The notes under the pieces are model-generated. The model ran no database searches, was not told the origin of the DNA, and was given only the letters and a program-made list of their open reading frames with translations. Of a stretch of DNA of 64,000 nucleotides, positions 62,766-64,000 are shown piece after piece. Every line of letters begins with the position of its first letter. Within the stretch, counting starts at the first letter, position 1. Made by a program: the position numbers and the translations under genes. Source of the DNA: Eledone cirrhosa (taxonomy: Eukaryota); contig OZ024741.1 in assembly GCA_964016885.1 (NCBI GenBank), positions 157,666,001-157,730,000 of the forward strand, given 5' to 3'.

Positions 62766-64000
62766 TCTATTCTAAAGTTTCTCCCTTGTGGTTATTCTGA
62801 CAATCCTGTAACCATGCAAGAGAAACTTTGGAATATCAGGCCACTAACTCCACCTTAATAAAACTGTATTTCTTTGTTTGTGTAAAAGTTGATGTGGTGT
62901 AATAAAATATTTGTGTTAATGCTACATTTTAACAATGTAAAAACAAGATGTATAAACTTCAGATATAAAATGTCTTTCTCAAGACATTTTATTGAGAGCA
63001 CTAAATCCAATTAAGACGTTGAGTTTCAAAGTTATTGGAGCGTTATGTCTAAATATTTCTTCCAGCCCACTGTGCTCTGAGTTCAAACCCTGTCAAGGTT
63101 GACTTTACTTTTCATCTTTTCAAGATCTATGAAAAATATACCAGACTAGTACCAGGGTCAATTCTTTCTTTCTCTATCTATCTTACTATGGCAGAAACCA
63201 ACAGTATTCAGATCTGGAGAGTGATGGGGGTTTACCAGGTTTAAAATGTGTAAGACACACTGTGTCAGGATGGCACCATTATGACTCCATTACGAGTTAA
63301 ATGCCTTTCTTCCTCCTTTTAAATCCAATAGGATTTGCAATTGAAATTCTAATCTCACAAAGTGGTTAATGTCTTTATCTTTATTTTTTTAACATTTTTA
63401 ATAACCACTTTAAGAATTTAGATTGCATAGAGTATAGATATTTTTATCAACATTTTAATGAATTATTTTTTAAAAAAATTTGAAAATAATTTTGAGACAT
63501 TGATGAGAAAATATTTCTTGAGATATAATCCTTTTCTTTTTTTTTATTAGTTTGTTTCCTATGATTTTTCTTCTGTCTTTCTCAATCTTCTATAATCATT
63601 AGTTAGCCTTTTCTGTAAATTTTGCTGCAAGCTATGGTGTGATTTTAATATCCCCTGAATTTCATACACACACACACATGAAGGTATTTTAGCTATAATC
63701 ATACATAGAAGCAATCAAACATATAACAACTCGTGGCCAACTGGTTAGGGTTTTAGACTCGCAAATATGTCACAGGTTCAATTCCTAGATCAGGACCTCC
63801 TATCATTGAAACATTTGAGAAGCCACTTCTAAGATACAACCTCGTCACAGGCCAGCTAAACCTACATATGTTTGAGCTATGATAACATGATACAACTGAT
63901 GGACTCTGTAATTAAAACACTTAAGATATAACCTAATAGGCCAGCTAAACCTGCATAACTGTGAGCTATAAATTTCATTTTATTTTTTCAAGCTCTTATA

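Noticed and set aside
1-64000. Prokaryotic defence or operon-type system, or intact autonomous TE
   Set aside because: There is no operon-like gene density, and every TE ORF seen is truncated or has stops or frameshifts.

Overview
This is AT-rich eukaryotic DNA dominated by repeats. The SINE/LINE families and the dense (TA)n/(CA)n/(GAT)n microsatellites suggest an octopod cephalopod (inference). I found no convincing host protein-coding exon. The very long six-frame ORFs at 3.1-12.8 kb are artefacts of a ~9.4 kb array of a stop-free 31-bp minisatellite. The rest is a mosaic of decayed transposable elements: CR1-, RTE- (two families), Tx1-, R4/Dong-, CRE- and Penelope-like retroelements, tRNA-derived SINEs, a DD37D Tc1/mariner, a DD35D pogo, two Helitron-type elements and TTAA- and TA-type MITEs. 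The most striking signal is a recurrent non-coding architecture: (TA)n, a fold-back palindrome whose arms carry a hammerhead-ribozyme core, a 55-110 nt one-sided extension, then (TA)n. Complete type-I hammerheads can be folded by eye at 14.1 kb and 47.5 kb, and related or decayed versions lie at 23.0-24.0, 33.1, 34.6, 43.0 and 50.4 kb. These look like Penelope-like pLTR-only fold-back elements targeted to TA tracts. A second notable feature is a canonical C4HC3 PHD finger inside the reverse-transcriptase region of the dominant RTE LINE family. A TE-poor, CpG-containing region at 41.5-42.5 kb with repeated motifs may be a promoter or enhancer. All coordinates and alignments were done by eye.
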